64,000 nucleotides of DNA from an uncultured Verrucomicrobiae bacterium (GCA_963764165.1 CAVXRD010000002.1:2528001-2592000); one strand, 5' to 3'; positions 1 to 10,806 are shown, counted from the first letter of the stretch. Numbers and translations are program-made. Notes: a model not told the origin generated them from the letters alone.

Positions 1-2
1 TT

Positions 3-2135
3 GCCGGCTGCGTTGGCTGCGTCATTGATGAGATGGGTGACATCGCTGTCAATGGCACGGACAGCCGAGGCAATCGGCACGAGTCCTTGGTAGACGGTTC
101 CCACATAAATGGCTGCCGGATAATAGGCGCCATTGGACGATGCATAGAGTGCGCCTCCGTTATATCCGGGAAAACTTAGGAACGAGTCGGCCAGGTAAAC
201 CTCCGCGGCGGCTGAGGGTTGATCGGTGGCTTGGCGGAGGGAATTTGTTTGCGGCAAAATCTCATACATGTACCCATTGGTAATGCCAGGTTCGCCAAAC
301 TGCGACCCGTCCACGGGATAACCCACCAGCATTTTTTCGTTCGTGCTGGTCAGCCAGGGGTTCATTGGCGCGTCCGAAGCAAGATAACTGGTGCAGGCGC
401 TTCCCGCCGTGGACGAAATAAAAAACAAGGCCGCCACATCGAAGTTACGTGATCCCGGACTTGATTGCCCCGGCGCCAGGCCGGCCTGGAGATCGCCGGT
501 TCGTTGCGAAGCATAACCGCTAAGCACATACCAGCCCCGCGCCTGTAACGGGGCCGGCACGGACAGATTCGTCTCCTCCTGGGAAAACCAAGTCGCCTGG
601 CTGGCGTAAGACAACGTCTGATCATTGAACACCACGTCCGCCGCCGTCAAAACCACATTGGGCAGCACGGCCACGCCGCTGCCATAGCCTGCGTCCGTTT
701 GCAACTGCCCGTTGAACGCAAATGGAGCCTCGGCAATCTGGCCTGGGGGCACCGGCTTCGGCAGGCTAAAGTTGGCTGGCAGGTTGCTGGTCGTAACAGC
801 CGGCAGGTAAGTTACCTGCCGCACCGTCGGCGTTCCAGGCGCGACCAGGACGGAAAGATTGGCAGGCGTGGCATAATGGCTGACCGGCGCGAAACCAATG
901 AGATAGGTTCCTGGCGCCAAGCTGGCGCTGTAACCGGATGAAAAGGAAAACAGGTTGGTGGCGCCCACAAGCCCCCAGGCGGCTCCGGCCGGCGGGCTGG
1001 GGACAAAGTTTACCGTCAGCAATCCCATTGTGCTCACGTTAGTGGAGGCTATAATGGGAGAATAACAATTGGTGAGAAGCGTCGTCACCCCGCTGGTGAC
1101 GGCCACCAGTCCCGGATTGGTGGGAGCCAGGTAGCCCGGCGCCGTGCTGAATACCACGGAGTAATCCGCACCAGGAACCAGATTCGAGACGATAGAGCCG
1201 CTATTGCGCCAGGCCCCTTCCCAGGAAAATCGCCACTGTCCATTGGCGGAGGCAGGAAGAAGCGTGACCTGAATGGCGCCGGGCGCGTCCAATGGCACGG
1301 CGGGAAGACCCGCGAAAGAATTGCTCCAGCCCGTTGTTCCAAACAAATAATAGGCCGTTGCGTGATTGTCATCCGTGAAAACAGTCGCATCCGCAGCGGG
1401 CGCGCTGCCCTGAAAATAGACGCCGGACAGGCGGCCGCAGTCTTGGAACGCAGAGTCTCCAATGCTCGTGGCGCTGCTTGAGATCGTGACATTGGTCATG
1501 TTGGTGCAGCGATAAAACGCGTCGGCTCCGATGCTGGTGACGCTGTTGGGGATCACTACGCTGGCCAGGCTGTAACACTCCGTAAATGCATTGTTTCCGA
1601 TGCTGGTAACGCTGCTGGGGATAGTGATGCCGGCCAGGCTGTAGCATTCTGTAAACGCATATTCCTCAATTGTGGTGACGCCGTTGGGAATCGTGACGCT
1701 GACCAGATTGGTGCAGTCCTGAAACGTCAGTGATTGGACGCTGGTTACCAAGCTGGGGATCGCTACGCTGGTCAGACTGGAGCAGGCATAGAACGCAAGG
1801 TCTCCAATGCTGGCGATGCTGTTGGGGATCGTGACATTGGTCAGGCTGGAGCATCCATAAAACGCGTAGCCGCTGATGTTGGTGACGCCGTTCGGGATCG
1901 TGACGCTGGTTAAGCTCGTGTCATCGTAAAACGCATTCGTTCCGATGCTGATTACAGGCATGCCGCTAATGTTGGCTGGAATGACCACGGCCCAGGGAGG
2001 CCCGGCATAACCGGTGATGGTCAGGGTTCTGCCATCGGCGTTTGTCATGTACGTGAATTGGGCTTGCGCTTCCGCCGGCGATGCCAGCAGAAGCAGCAAG
2101 CCAAAAAGAACAAGCCATGTTCTTTTGACAGTCAT
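3..2135 (-). CDS. Secreted BspA-type LRR (LRR_5) surface protein with PEGA-like repeats and a degenerate trypsin-like domain; 3' end runs off the window
   Basis: Translated by hand from ATG at 2135: MTVKRTWLVLFGLLLLLASPAEAQAQFTY (signal peptide), repeats of CxxLTxVTIPNSVTxIGxxAF, then FNGQLQTDAGYGSGVAVLPNVVLTAADVV. Colinear paralog of the 10820 gene. Absent from the ORF track because no stop lies inside the window. Confidence 0.85.
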   Translation of the reverse strand, partial: MTVKRTWLVLFGLLLLLASPAEAQAQFTYMTNADGRTLTITGYAGPPWAVVIPANISGMPVISIGTNAFYDDTSLTSVTIPNGVTNISGYAFYGCSSLTNVTIPNSIASIGDLAFYACSSLTSVAIPSLVTSVQSLTFQDCTNLVSVTIPNGVTTIEEYAFTECYSLAGITIPSSVTSIGNNAFTECYSLASVVIPNSVTSIGADAFYRCTNMTNVTISSSATSIGDSAFQDCGRLSGVYFQGSAPAADATVFTDDNHATAYYLFGTTGWSNSFAGLPAVPLDAPGAIQVTLLPASANGQWRFSWEGAWRNSGSIVSNLVPGADYSVVFSTAPGYLAPTNPGLVAVTSGVTTLLTNCYSPIIASTNVSTMGLLTVNFVPSPPAGAAWGLVGATNLFSFSSGYSASLAPGTYLIGFAPVSHYATPANLSVLVAPGTPTVRQVTYLPAVTTSNLPANFSLPKPVPPGQIAEAPFAFNGQLQTDAGYGSGVAVLPNVVLTAADVVFNDQTLSYASQATWFSQEETNLSVPAPLQARGWYVLSGYASQRTGDLQAGLAPGQSSPGSRNFDVAALFFISSTAGSACTSYLASDAPMNPWLTSTNEKMLVGYPVDGSQFGEPGITNGYMYEILPQTNSLRQATDQPSAAAEVYLADSFLSFPGYNGGALYASSNGAYYPAAIYVGTVYQGLVPIASAVRAIDSDVTHLINDAANAAG

Positions 2136-2148
2136 GCTGCCGTATGTT

Positions 2149-5100
2149 TCACTGGCCCTCGATGAGAAGCAAGCCGCTTTGATTTGTTCCAAGGAAGTAG
2201 CCTTGAGCGCTGGCCTGGCTTTGCAAAATGACGCCGCCGACTTTAATTGTCTTTTTCGAAACGGCCGGATTGGCGAAGCTGCCGCTGATGACTCCCGTCG
2301 TTTTGTTGGTGGTCAATGTCAGCTTGTCCGCGTTTCTTGGCAAGGTTGGGATCGTGATCGTAAGCGGCGGATTGTCGAGCTGCAATTCCACCGTCAGTCC
2401 TGGAGGCAGCTTCTGGCCCCCAAGGTAGTTCTCTCCCACCAGCGTCGCCTCCTGATTGGTGAAGCCCGAACGGCAGACCGCTGTTTTCGACGCATTTGTC
2501 GCATTGATCCAGCTTAGCGGATAAGCACCGGTGATGGTATGATTGGTGAAATAATTCCAGCCCCACAGCGAGCCCTTGCCGCCATACAAATTCACATAGA
2601 AAGGCCACAGTCCTTCTTTTGACACTTTTGTTGATTGGCTGAGGGGGGTGCCATCGGCCAGGCTCCCGGCCAGCGTGATGTTTCCCAAACTGTCCACCTT
2701 CACGGTTCCGTAACTGGCTCCAAAAGGGCCATATAGTGAATCGTTCGTGCCGGGAATGATGAAGGTATACTGGCCTTCAAACAGAGAGGCTTTGTATGAA
2801 CTGCTGAACACGGCCCGATCACCTCTTAATTGGCTGCTGAACTCGGCGTTGCTAATGGCGCCACTGACGGATTGATCGGCAAAATCCAATTGCAGGGCCG
2901 TGGTCAGTGAAGGAATGCCGCCGATTTTCTTTGAAACAATGAGCGCCGCTCCCCCGAGGTCGAACTTGCCTGAAAGGGGCACCTTCTCGCCACTCAAATC
3001 AAGAGTGCCGGAGATGGCGCCGCCGCTGGTCACGCTGAATGAGAACGAGCCTGAGTTGGACTGCTCCCGCATGGAGCTTTCCGGGGCAAAGAGACCTCGG
3101 TAGGTTCCCTCCGCTTCAAGGAAAACATTGGTCGCGAAATTGGCCACCACGACGAGGTTGGACGCCATGGTAAACTTGTAAACAGGGCTGGTGCTCAGCA
3201 TCGAGTAGGGCGGGTTGGTTCCACCCACCCAGCCGATGAAGACGTTCCTGGCCTTGGCTCCGGCGGTGACTGTGTATTTGGTTCCGATCTTCAGCTTCTT
3301 GGACCACGTTGCGTGCTGGATGGTGCCCGATCCGTTGGTCAGAAGCACCAGTTCGGCGCTCGGGGCGTTGGACGTGTAGATGCCGCTAGCCAGGGCCGTC
3401 ACGCCGTCGGTGATCGTGACCACTTGGTTCGACGGCGCATCCCAATTGGAAACGGAGGTAAACGACAATGTGTGGCTGCCCGCCGCCAAATTGGCCACGG
3501 TCGCCCCGCTGGTCTGATTGGGTCCTCCATCCACCTGCCATTGAGCTGCGCTGCGCAGAGCGGCTGGGAGCAGATCGACAGTCAAGGCACCCGAGGTGGA
3601 CGTCCCTATCAACGTGTAAAGGACGTTGGTTGGCGTGTTCACACCGCTGGTGATCGTAACCGTTTGATCCGCAGGAATATTCCATCCGGCAATGGGTTTG
3701 AATGAAACAGAGTGCGTTCCCGGCGGCACATTCGCCATCACGGCGCCGTTGGTTTGCCATGGACCAGCGCCATCCAGTTGCCACTCGGCCCCGGCGGCGA
3801 CTGCGGCGTCTGGCAGCAGAGTAACCGTCAGACTGCCCAGCCCTCCCGACGTCAAGGTGGTATTAGAGGCGGTGCCGGAGATTTTAACCCTCAGCCCGCA
3901 TGGATTGCCCCCATCCGGCTGCGAATTATAGACAATGAAATCCAGCGTATTGGTTCCAGCGACAAAATTGCTGGATATGACATACGGTCCAAACCAGGTT
4001 TCGAAGTCCGAAGGGGCCGGAAAATTCGATATCGAGCTTATCCCATTTACTAATACATCCTCAAGTTGGTTATCAGCGATAGCTTGAAAGGTAATTTCGG
4101 CAGTGGCCGGATCGAATCCAGTAAGATCAAACGTCGTCCGAAAGTCATATGAGCCCATAGGATCCTGGCTCTCGAAGCCATAACTCGGCTGAGGGGTGAC
4201 CCAGAGTGAATACGAGTCATCATTGAGCCAGCCGCCGTCTCCGACGGGGTAACCATTTGTCTCGACCGCGTAAGCCGCGAAGGGCGTTGCCGCAGTGCCG
4301 TCGGGGGCGGAAATGATAACGTAATGCGGATCTTGGGTTCCTGTGGGCAACGGATTAAATTGGTCGTCCAGCCCTGTGCTGTAGATCGTGAAGTTCGTCA
4401 GGCCGGATTCCGTCGTGAAGATTGAGCTGGGTTCGAGCACCACCACTTGGCCCGCGCCGCTTCCGGGCGCCAGCGCAACGATGATGTCCAGGCGTCCGTC
4501 CTGGTTTAGGTCGTCGACCACCACATTCTGGATGGTTTGAGCGCCGAAATCATTCTCCCAAAGGACTTGAGTTAAAGCGCCATTGAGGATGACCAATGTG
4601 TCATTCCCGCTGGTCGGCTGATACACCGCCAGAACTTGCTGGGCGCCAGTTCCAGCCAGATCCGCCACCGCCACTGGAATGAAAAGTCCGCTGGCGCGGC
4701 TGTAGCTTGCTGTGGCCGTCAAATTTGAACCGAAGGCGAGCAGAAAAGGCGACGTGCCTTCATAAGAAGCCACAACGATCTCATCCCCAGGCACACCGTC
4801 CAAGTCGCCGAAGGCTGCGTTATCAATGTCAATGTAATGGCCCAAATTGAATTCGGCCATCTCCGCGCCATTGGTGGGATTCAACATTTGAAGGCCACCG
4901 TAACCATAGTCGCCCAGGCTCCAGCCGTGTTCCGACGTCGTCGCCACAATCTCGCGTGTTCCGTCCCCGTTCAAGTCGGGCAGATACACTCCGGAATCAA
5001 GAAATCCGCCGGAAGCGTAAGATTGCAGCCAGTTTAGCGCACCCGTGGCGGGCGCATAACTCCAGGTGTAATTGGCATTATCAACTGTGCCGTCCGCGCC

Positions 5101-5799
5101 CACGTTGTCGTTGGCCGGTCCCCACGCGGCTGCCAGCAGGTTGCTGTTGCCGCCGGCGTTGGCCCACCGCACACCGTTGGGAGCCGGGCCAATGACATTG
5201 CGCCAGATACTTTGTCCGGTGGCGTAGCTTGTCAGTTCAAATCCTCGCACGCCGCCATCGTCCACTCCGTATCCGCTCGTCAGTTGCGAGACAATCTCCA
5301 CCTGCCCGGTTCCTTCCAAGTCGGCTGCGAACATGGGAGTTACTGTTTGGTCGCCTTGCCCCGTCCCTGCCACCACGATCGTTTTCAGCAAGGTGCCGTC
5401 GGCTTGATAGACAAGAATGTCAAAATTGTAATTGGTGTCCATTTGCACTGCCAGAATCTCGAGCACGCCGTCCAGGTTAACGTCAGCCAGGCAGGCCAAG
5501 GTCGCACCGGTGGCAATGAAATCCAATTCCGTTCCGATGCCGTCAAATACGCCGATGCCGCCAGGTACGCTGGCCACCAATTGAGACGTTCCGCTGCCCA
5601 GCACATCACCCGTCAGCGGCAGACTCGCCCCTGCCAGCGACCATGCGTTCGTGTAGGTGCTGACGTTCACGCGGCTGCTGGAGTAGCCGCCATTGCGGGA
5701 GCCATAAACGTCCTTGTCGCGCATCGGCCATTGGGCCTGCACCGCTGCCGGTGCGGCTAGGATTAGACTGCTTAAAAGGAGGAAGAGTGTTCGTTTCAT
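2149..5799 (-). CDS. Secreted FG-GAP/VCBS beta-propeller protein with PEGA-like repeats and a conserved beta-rich C-terminal domain
   Basis: Signal peptide MKRTLFLLLSSLILAAPAAVQA; repeated ADVNLDGVLEI/DLNGDGTREI/DLDGVPGDEI/DLNQDGRLDI motifs; two GxLTVxLLPxA..AxWQxDG repeats. Start moved to ATG 5799. Confidence 0.8.
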   Translation of the reverse strand: MKRTLFLLLSSLILAAPAAVQAQWPMRDKDVYGSRNGGYSSSRVNVSTYTNAWSLAGASLPLTGDVLGSGTSQLVASVPGGIGVFDGIGTELDFIATGATLACLADVNLDGVLEILAVQMDTNYNFDILVYQADGTLLKTIVVAGTGQGDQTVTPMFAADLEGTGQVEIVSQLTSGYGVDDGGVRGFELTSYATGQSIWRNVIGPAPNGVRWANAGGNSNLLAAAWGPANDNVGADGTVDNANYTWSYAPATGALNWLQSYASGGFLDSGVYLPDLNGDGTREIVATTSEHGWSLGDYGYGGLQMLNPTNGAEMAEFNLGHYIDIDNAAFGDLDGVPGDEIVVASYEGTSPFLLAFGSNLTATASYSRASGLFIPVAVADLAGTGAQQVLAVYQPTSGNDTLVILNGALTQVLWENDFGAQTIQNVVVDDLNQDGRLDIIVALAPGSGAGQVVVLEPSSIFTTESGLTNFTIYSTGLDDQFNPLPTGTQDPHYVIISAPDGTAATPFAAYAVETNGYPVGDGGWLNDDSYSLWVTPQPSYGFESQDPMGSYDFRTTFDLTGFDPATAEITFQAIADNQLEDVLVNGISSISNFPAPSDFETWFGPYVISSNFVAGTNTLDFIVYNSQPDGGNPCGLRVKISGTASNTTLTSGGLGSLTVTLLPDAAVAAGAEWQLDGAGPWQTNGAVMANVPPGTHSVSFKPIAGWNIPADQTVTITSGVNTPTNVLYTLIGTSTSGALTVDLLPAALRSAAQWQVDGGPNQTSGATVANLAAGSHTLSFTSVSNWDAPSNQVVTITDGVTALASGIYTSNAPSAELVLLTNGSGTIQHATWSKKLKIGTKYTVTAGAKARNVFIGWVGGTNPPYSMLSTSPVYKFTMASNLVVVANFATNVFLEAEGTYRGLFAPESSMREQSNSGSFSFSVTSGGAISGTLDLSGEKVPLSGKFDLGGAALIVSKKIGGIPSLTTALQLDFADQSVSGAISNAEFSSQLRGDRAVFSSSYKASLFEGQYTFIIPGTNDSLYGPFGASYGTVKVDSLGNITLAGSLADGTPLSQSTKVSKEGLWPFYVNLYGGKGSLWGWNYFTNHTITGAYPLSWINATNASKTAVCRSGFTNQEATLVGENYLGGQKLPPGLTVELQLDNPPLTITIPTLPRNADKLTLTTNKTTGVISGSFANPAVSKKTIKVGGVILQSQASAQGYFLGTNQSGLLLIEGQ

Positions 5800-6042
5800 A
5801 GCTATAAATACGGCTGATTTTCCAGAATCTGACAAAAATCTGCCACTGGCCCGCCATCGCCCACGCAACCCGCCTATGCTGTAGCTTTCGATTGCGGAGA
5901 AGCGGCAATCAATAAAAAGTGCGTGCTGTCATACATATGCGCGGAGGACCGCAAGCGCAAGACAATTCGCTTCCCCTGGCGCAAAAAGCTTGCACACTGC
6001 CACCCCCATGCTAATCATCTATCAAGCAAACCGGAACGGGAT

Positions 6043-7185
6043 ATGATGTCGCCACGAATAAATCCAAAATGGCTGTGGTTGGGCTTGGCTGGCTTGGCTC
6101 TTATCCTGGCGCTTGCTATCCACCGCCCGATTCAAACCAAGCCGGATGCTGGTCCGTCCCAGTCTTCCGCATCGGGGCAAAATTTCCCTCAAACCACGGT
6201 GTCTCTGGCGCCGCATGTTTCCGTTCTGCAAGCTGCTTGTGACGCGTTGCGCTCGGCTTCCAATGCCGCCAACACACGACAACAATTGGCGGCGCTGCGC
6301 CAGTCGCTGGGCGCCATGCCTGTCAAAGAAGCGGTGGCTACCATCAAGCAGTTTCTGGATTCCAAGTCGGACGCGCCGACCCATCTCGGTTTCAGGCTCG
6401 CGTCCGGCGGTTTGCTGGACGAAGCGCCAACACTCCGAACCTTTTTGCTGGATGAATGGTCCCGGCTCGATCCCGCCACCGCCGCCGAGTATTCGAAAAT
6501 CATCCTGGCTGGCATGGATTCCGCCGATGAATGGGCGGTGGCCTTGCGCAATCTGGCCTCGGGTGACGCCAGCGCCGATGGCCGCGCGCTTCTGGAGCAA
6601 AAAATAGCCCTGATGCTGCAATATGCGCCATGGCAGCAAAATCCATCGACCGGTTATCTGGAGGCATTCGATGTGCCGGTTTATTTGGGCGGGACGGGTT
6701 TCGTGCCAACGCTGTCGGGCCTGGTGCAAAGCCAGGACAATTCCGCCGTGGCGCACGCCGCCTTCCTGGCGCTGGACCGATTGGTCATCAACAACCCGGC
6801 GACAGTGCTGCAGGCGCTGGAAGCTCAGCCGGGTTTGATGACGGGCCGGGAATCGACGCGGGCGGACTACTTCGCCCGCGCGGACGTGCGGGATCCGCAA
6901 CAGCAGCAAATCCTGCAAAGCTACCTGCTCAACCCCTCCATTAGCGCGGCGGAGCTGCAAACGTTTGCCGGCATCTATCCCAACGCCAATTTCATGATCT
7001 CGCCCAACCTTCTCACTCAGGCGGCCACCCCCGACCATGACTCATTGATGAGCCGCGACGCGGAATCGCTGGCCGTTGCGCAGCAGTGGCTGGGCGATTC
7101 GCGTTTTGCCAATGTGGCTCCCGAGTTGCGGACGATCATTCAGCGGCTGCAGGGATTCGCGGCGCAGGCGCAGCAGCGGCCGTGA
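6043..7185 (+). CDS. N-terminally membrane-anchored, alpha-helical (HEAT-like) periplasmic protein of unknown function
   Basis: Hydrophobic KWLWLGLAGLALILALAIH, Pro/Ser linker, then Ala/Leu-rich helical sequence; first gene of the rightward operon. Confidence 0.7.
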   Translation: MMSPRINPKWLWLGLAGLALILALAIHRPIQTKPDAGPSQSSASGQNFPQTTVSLAPHVSVLQAACDALRSASNAANTRQQLAALRQSLGAMPVKEAVATIKQFLDSKSDAPTHLGFRLASGGLLDEAPTLRTFLLDEWSRLDPATAAEYSKIILAGMDSADEWAVALRNLASGDASADGRALLEQKIALMLQYAPWQQNPSTGYLEAFDVPVYLGGTGFVPTLSGLVQSQDNSAVAHAAFLALDRLVINNPATVLQALEAQPGLMTGRESTRADYFARADVRDPQQQQILQSYLLNPSISAAELQTFAGIYPNANFMISPNLLTQAATPDHDSLMSRDAESLAVAQQWLGDSRFANVAPELRTIIQRLQGFAAQAQQRP

Positions 7186-7278
7186 GCCCTGTTTAAGGCG
7201 AACTCCAGGTCAAGACGGATTCCGCGCGGCCTCTCTTTCAGAGCCTCTACGGAGGCGGTGTGTTGGCGACTTGAAACT

Positions 7279-10200
7279 ATGTGGCGAACCATTATTGTCA
7301 CCCTGTTTTGCGCGTTTGAACTGCCGGCGCAAACAACCAATCTGGCGGCGCTCGCCAAGGGGCAGGCGCTCGTGCTGTTTGTGGAAAACCGCGCGGAGGT
7401 GCTGCGCAGCGGCGCCACCTCATGGGATCCGGCCACCACCAACGCCCCGTATAATATTCTCAAGCACGGGGATCAGCTGCGCACCCAGACTAACAGCAGG
7501 GCTGTCATCTGGTATCCCGATGGCAGAGGCGCAGTCACCTTGGGGCAGTCAACCCGTGTCCAGCTTCCGCTTGACTCGGAGGATGAGTCCACCCTTCAGA
7601 TTTGGCTGGGCAAGGTGTTCAATTTTCATCGCGGCCCGCCCGGCAAGCTGCGCTTTAATACGCCCACCACCCCCGCCATTGTTCGCGGCACGGAGTTTGT
7701 GCTGCAAGTGGACGCCGACAGCACGAGCATCACCGTTTTCAATGGTGAAGTGGATATGGAAAACAAGTGGGGGCAGTTGACTCTTGCCAGCGGCCAGTCC
7801 GGCGTGGCCCGGCTCGGAGCGCCTCCGGCCCGCACTGCCGTAGTCGCGACGATGGATTTGATTCAGTGGTGCATGTATTATCCGGGGGTGCTGTGCCTGG
7901 ACGACGTGGCCCCGGGCGGATTGGGCGGCGACTTGCAGGACTCGGTGAATGCCTATCGCAGTGGCAACCTTATTGAAGCTCTCAAGCTATGGCCGGCCCA
8001 ACGGGTTCCAGTATCAGACGATGAACGCGTCTATAAAGCGGCTTTGTTGCTGAGTGTTGGAAACGTCGACGGAGCATGGGACTTGCTGGCTGGGTTGAGC
8101 CCTGGCACATCCGCCCCAGGGGAAGGGGCTGCGCCGCGCAGGCTGGGCCGCGCGCTGGAACGGTTTGTCACGCTGGTCAAAACCAACAACATAGCCACTC
8201 TGGCTGGCGCGGACACCAGCCATTTTTGTGCGACGGAGTGGCTGGTTGAATCTTACTATTTGCAGGCGCAATTCCGTTTGGAGGCGGCCCGGGAGGCGGC
8301 CCGCCAGGCGGTGGCGCGCGCGCCTGACTTTGCCTTTGCGTGGGAGCGCTTGGCTGAATTGGAGTTCGGATTTGGGCGTGTCAACCAATCGCAGGAGGAT
8401 TTGGCCAGGAGCTTGGAGCTGGCGCCGCGAAATGCCCAGGCGGTCGCCTTGCGCGGCTTTCTTCTGTCCGCGCAGAATCGAATCAAGCCAGCCATCGCTG
8501 AGTTTGATCGCGCCATTTCCCTGGATGGCAGTCTTGGCAATGCCTGGCTTGGGCGCGGCTTGTGCTGGATTCGCCTGGGGCGGACGAGCCAGGGCCTCGA
8601 CGATATTGAAGTGGCGGCTGCCGTGGAACCGCAACGGGCTTTGTTCCGCAGTTACTTGGGCAAGGCGTTTAGCCAGGCGGGGCTGGATGAAAAAGCCACA
8701 AAGGAGCTAAAGCTGGCCCGAGAATTCGATCCTCGCGATCCAACGGCGCGGCTCTACTCGGCGCTGCTGGAACAGCAGGAGAATCAAATCAACACTGCCA
8801 TTTCAGATCTGCAGTCCGCCGAGGCCGATAATACAAACCGCAGCGTGTTCCGCTCGCGTCTGCTGCTGGACCAGGATCACGCCGTGACCAGCGCCAACCT
8901 GGCTTCCGTTTACCGCGACGCAGGCATGACCGATGTCAGCGTCCGGGAAGCGGCACGGGCGGTCAACGACGATTACGGCAACGCCGCCGCGCATTTGTTC
9001 CTATCCGACAGCTACTACTCACTGCTTGATCCCACGCAGTTCAACCTGCGTTACGACACGGTTTGGTTTAACGAATTGCTCCTGGCCAACATTCTGGCTC
9101 CTGTGGGCTCCGGGCGCCTTTCCCAGCAAGTCTCGCAACAGGATTACTCCAAGCTATTCGAGGCAGATGGCCTGGGCGTGGCAAATTCAACCGACATCCG
9201 GACTGACGGGATGATCCGCCAGACAGCATCCCAGTTCGGCGCCTACGGCGATACTGGCTACGGTTTTGACCTCGACTACACCCATAACAACGGTTTTCGA
9301 GTGAATAACACTTTGGATAATCTCAGCATGGACGCGACACTCAAGCAGCAAGTCGGGCCGCATGACACCGCCATGCTGCTGGTGGAATACGAAAATTTCC
9401 ATTCCGGCGATAATAATCAGTATTACTACCAAAGCGATGCCCTGCCCTATTACAGCTTCGCCGAGCAGCAGCAGCCCGAGCTGGTCGGCACATGGCATCA
9501 CGAGTGGGCGCCCGGCATGCATACGCTGCTTCTTCTAGGCAGGCTGGTGGACGACCAGCAATTTGCTGATAGAGCGGCGCCGCAACTGAAACTCGACGAG
9601 AGCGGCGGCGTTATTTCCGGGGGATCCGGTGCCGATGCATTCGACGCGCGCTACCGGGAAACATTTGAAATTTATTCAGCCGAACTGAACCAAATTTGCC
9701 AATGGGACAGAGTCACCCTGTCGGCCGGCGGGCGTTACCAATCAGGCGAGTTCCGCACGCAAGATCAGTATGCGAATCCATCAAGCAACCTGGCTATTTT
9801 ATTCGCGCCGTCTTACAGCGGCAATACGGTTGGTCTTTTCCAGCGAGCCACAGCTTATTCCTATCTCACCGTCCAGCCGGTGGAGCATCTGTGGCTTACC
9901 GGCGGATTGGCGGCTGACGCCGAAAAATTCCCCGACACCTTTCGCAATCCGCCCGTCAGCTCAGGCGAAGACAGCCGCTCTCAACTCGGTCCCAAAGCCG
10001 CCCTGGTCTGGAGTCCTGCTCCGGAAGCGACCGTGCGCGGGATCTACACCCGGTCGCTCGGCGGCGCCAGTCTGGACGAAAGCTACCGCCTGGAGCCGAC
10101 CGAATTGGCGGGCTTTCCGCAAGCCTTCCGCAGCCTTATTCCCGAGTCGGCCCAAGGCGTCGCTTCCCAATCGGCCCCGACCTTGGAAACCATGGGCGGG

Positions 10201-10806
10201 GCTCTCGATCTTAAATTTGGCGGCCGCACCTATTTGGGATTCCAGGCCGAGCGCCTGGCCTCGCGGGTGAATCAAGGCCAGGGCGATTTCGTCGTGAGCG
10301 AGGACAGCTCGGGCGATATTGAGGGGCCAGCCGCGGTTTCCTCCACGCCGGAACAATTCAATTACGTCGAGCACGACGGTTCAGTCAGCCTCAACCAGCT
10401 TCTGGGCGGCGGATTCGCTCTCGGCGCCGCCTATAAAGTCACCCAATCCGACCTTCACCAAATGTATCCCGCCATTCCGGCTTTTGTCATCGCGCCCAAC
10501 CACTTTCAATCGACCCTGCAGGAAATTGACAATTACATCCTGTTCAACGACCGCTCTGGCTTCTATTGCAAGTTCGACGCGCATTGGTATGGCCAGAAGA
10601 ATTCCGGCTGGACGCCCATGGAGCCATACTCCAGTTTCTTCCAGGAAAACATCTACGCCGGCTACCGTTTTCTGCACCGCCGGGCCGAATTGCAGCTGGG
10701 CATCCTCAACCTTGCCGGCGGCGGCTACAATCTAAACCCGCTGACCGCCTATCAGGAATTGCCCATGAAGCGGGTGTTTGAAGCAAGGTTTAACTTCATT
10801 TTCTAA
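7279..10806 (+). CDS. Outer-membrane protein: FecR-like domain + TPR repeats + TonB-receptor-like beta-barrel
   Basis: Signal peptide; FecR motifs GDQLRT, TPTTPAIVRGTEF, VFNGEV; TPRs (AWERLAELEFGFG, AWLGRGLC, RSYLGKAF); amphipathic strands; C-terminal Phe (FEARFNFIF). Confidence 0.8.
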   Translation: MWRTIIVTLFCAFELPAQTTNLAALAKGQALVLFVENRAEVLRSGATSWDPATTNAPYNILKHGDQLRTQTNSRAVIWYPDGRGAVTLGQSTRVQLPLDSEDESTLQIWLGKVFNFHRGPPGKLRFNTPTTPAIVRGTEFVLQVDADSTSITVFNGEVDMENKWGQLTLASGQSGVARLGAPPARTAVVATMDLIQWCMYYPGVLCLDDVAPGGLGGDLQDSVNAYRSGNLIEALKLWPAQRVPVSDDERVYKAALLLSVGNVDGAWDLLAGLSPGTSAPGEGAAPRRLGRALERFVTLVKTNNIATLAGADTSHFCATEWLVESYYLQAQFRLEAAREAARQAVARAPDFAFAWERLAELEFGFGRVNQSQEDLARSLELAPRNAQAVALRGFLLSAQNRIKPAIAEFDRAISLDGSLGNAWLGRGLCWIRLGRTSQGLDDIEVAAAVEPQRALFRSYLGKAFSQAGLDEKATKELKLAREFDPRDPTARLYSALLEQQENQINTAISDLQSAEADNTNRSVFRSRLLLDQDHAVTSANLASVYRDAGMTDVSVREAARAVNDDYGNAAAHLFLSDSYYSLLDPTQFNLRYDTVWFNELLLANILAPVGSGRLSQQVSQQDYSKLFEADGLGVANSTDIRTDGMIRQTASQFGAYGDTGYGFDLDYTHNNGFRVNNTLDNLSMDATLKQQVGPHDTAMLLVEYENFHSGDNNQYYYQSDALPYYSFAEQQQPELVGTWHHEWAPGMHTLLLLGRLVDDQQFADRAAPQLKLDESGGVISGGSGADAFDARYRETFEIYSAELNQICQWDRVTLSAGGRYQSGEFRTQDQYANPSSNLAILFAPSYSGNTVGLFQRATAYSYLTVQPVEHLWLTGGLAADAEKFPDTFRNPPVSSGEDSRSQLGPKAALVWSPAPEATVRGIYTRSLGGASLDESYRLEPTELAGFPQAFRSLIPESAQGVASQSAPTLETMGGALDLKFGGRTYLGFQAERLASRVNQGQGDFVVSEDSSGDIEGPAAVSSTPEQFNYVEHDGSVSLNQLLGGGFALGAAYKVTQSDLHQMYPAIPAFVIAPNHFQSTLQEIDNYILFNDRSGFYCKFDAHWYGQKNSGWTPMEPYSSFFQENIYAGYRFLHRRAELQLGILNLAGGGYNLNPLTAYQELPMKRVFEARFNFIF

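Noticed and set aside
1400..1960. Regular ~69-bp periodicity resembling a CRISPR or tandem array (also at 11000-12700)
   Set aside because: It is the coding periodicity of 23-aa LRR_5 repeats; there are no invariant repeats with unique spacers.
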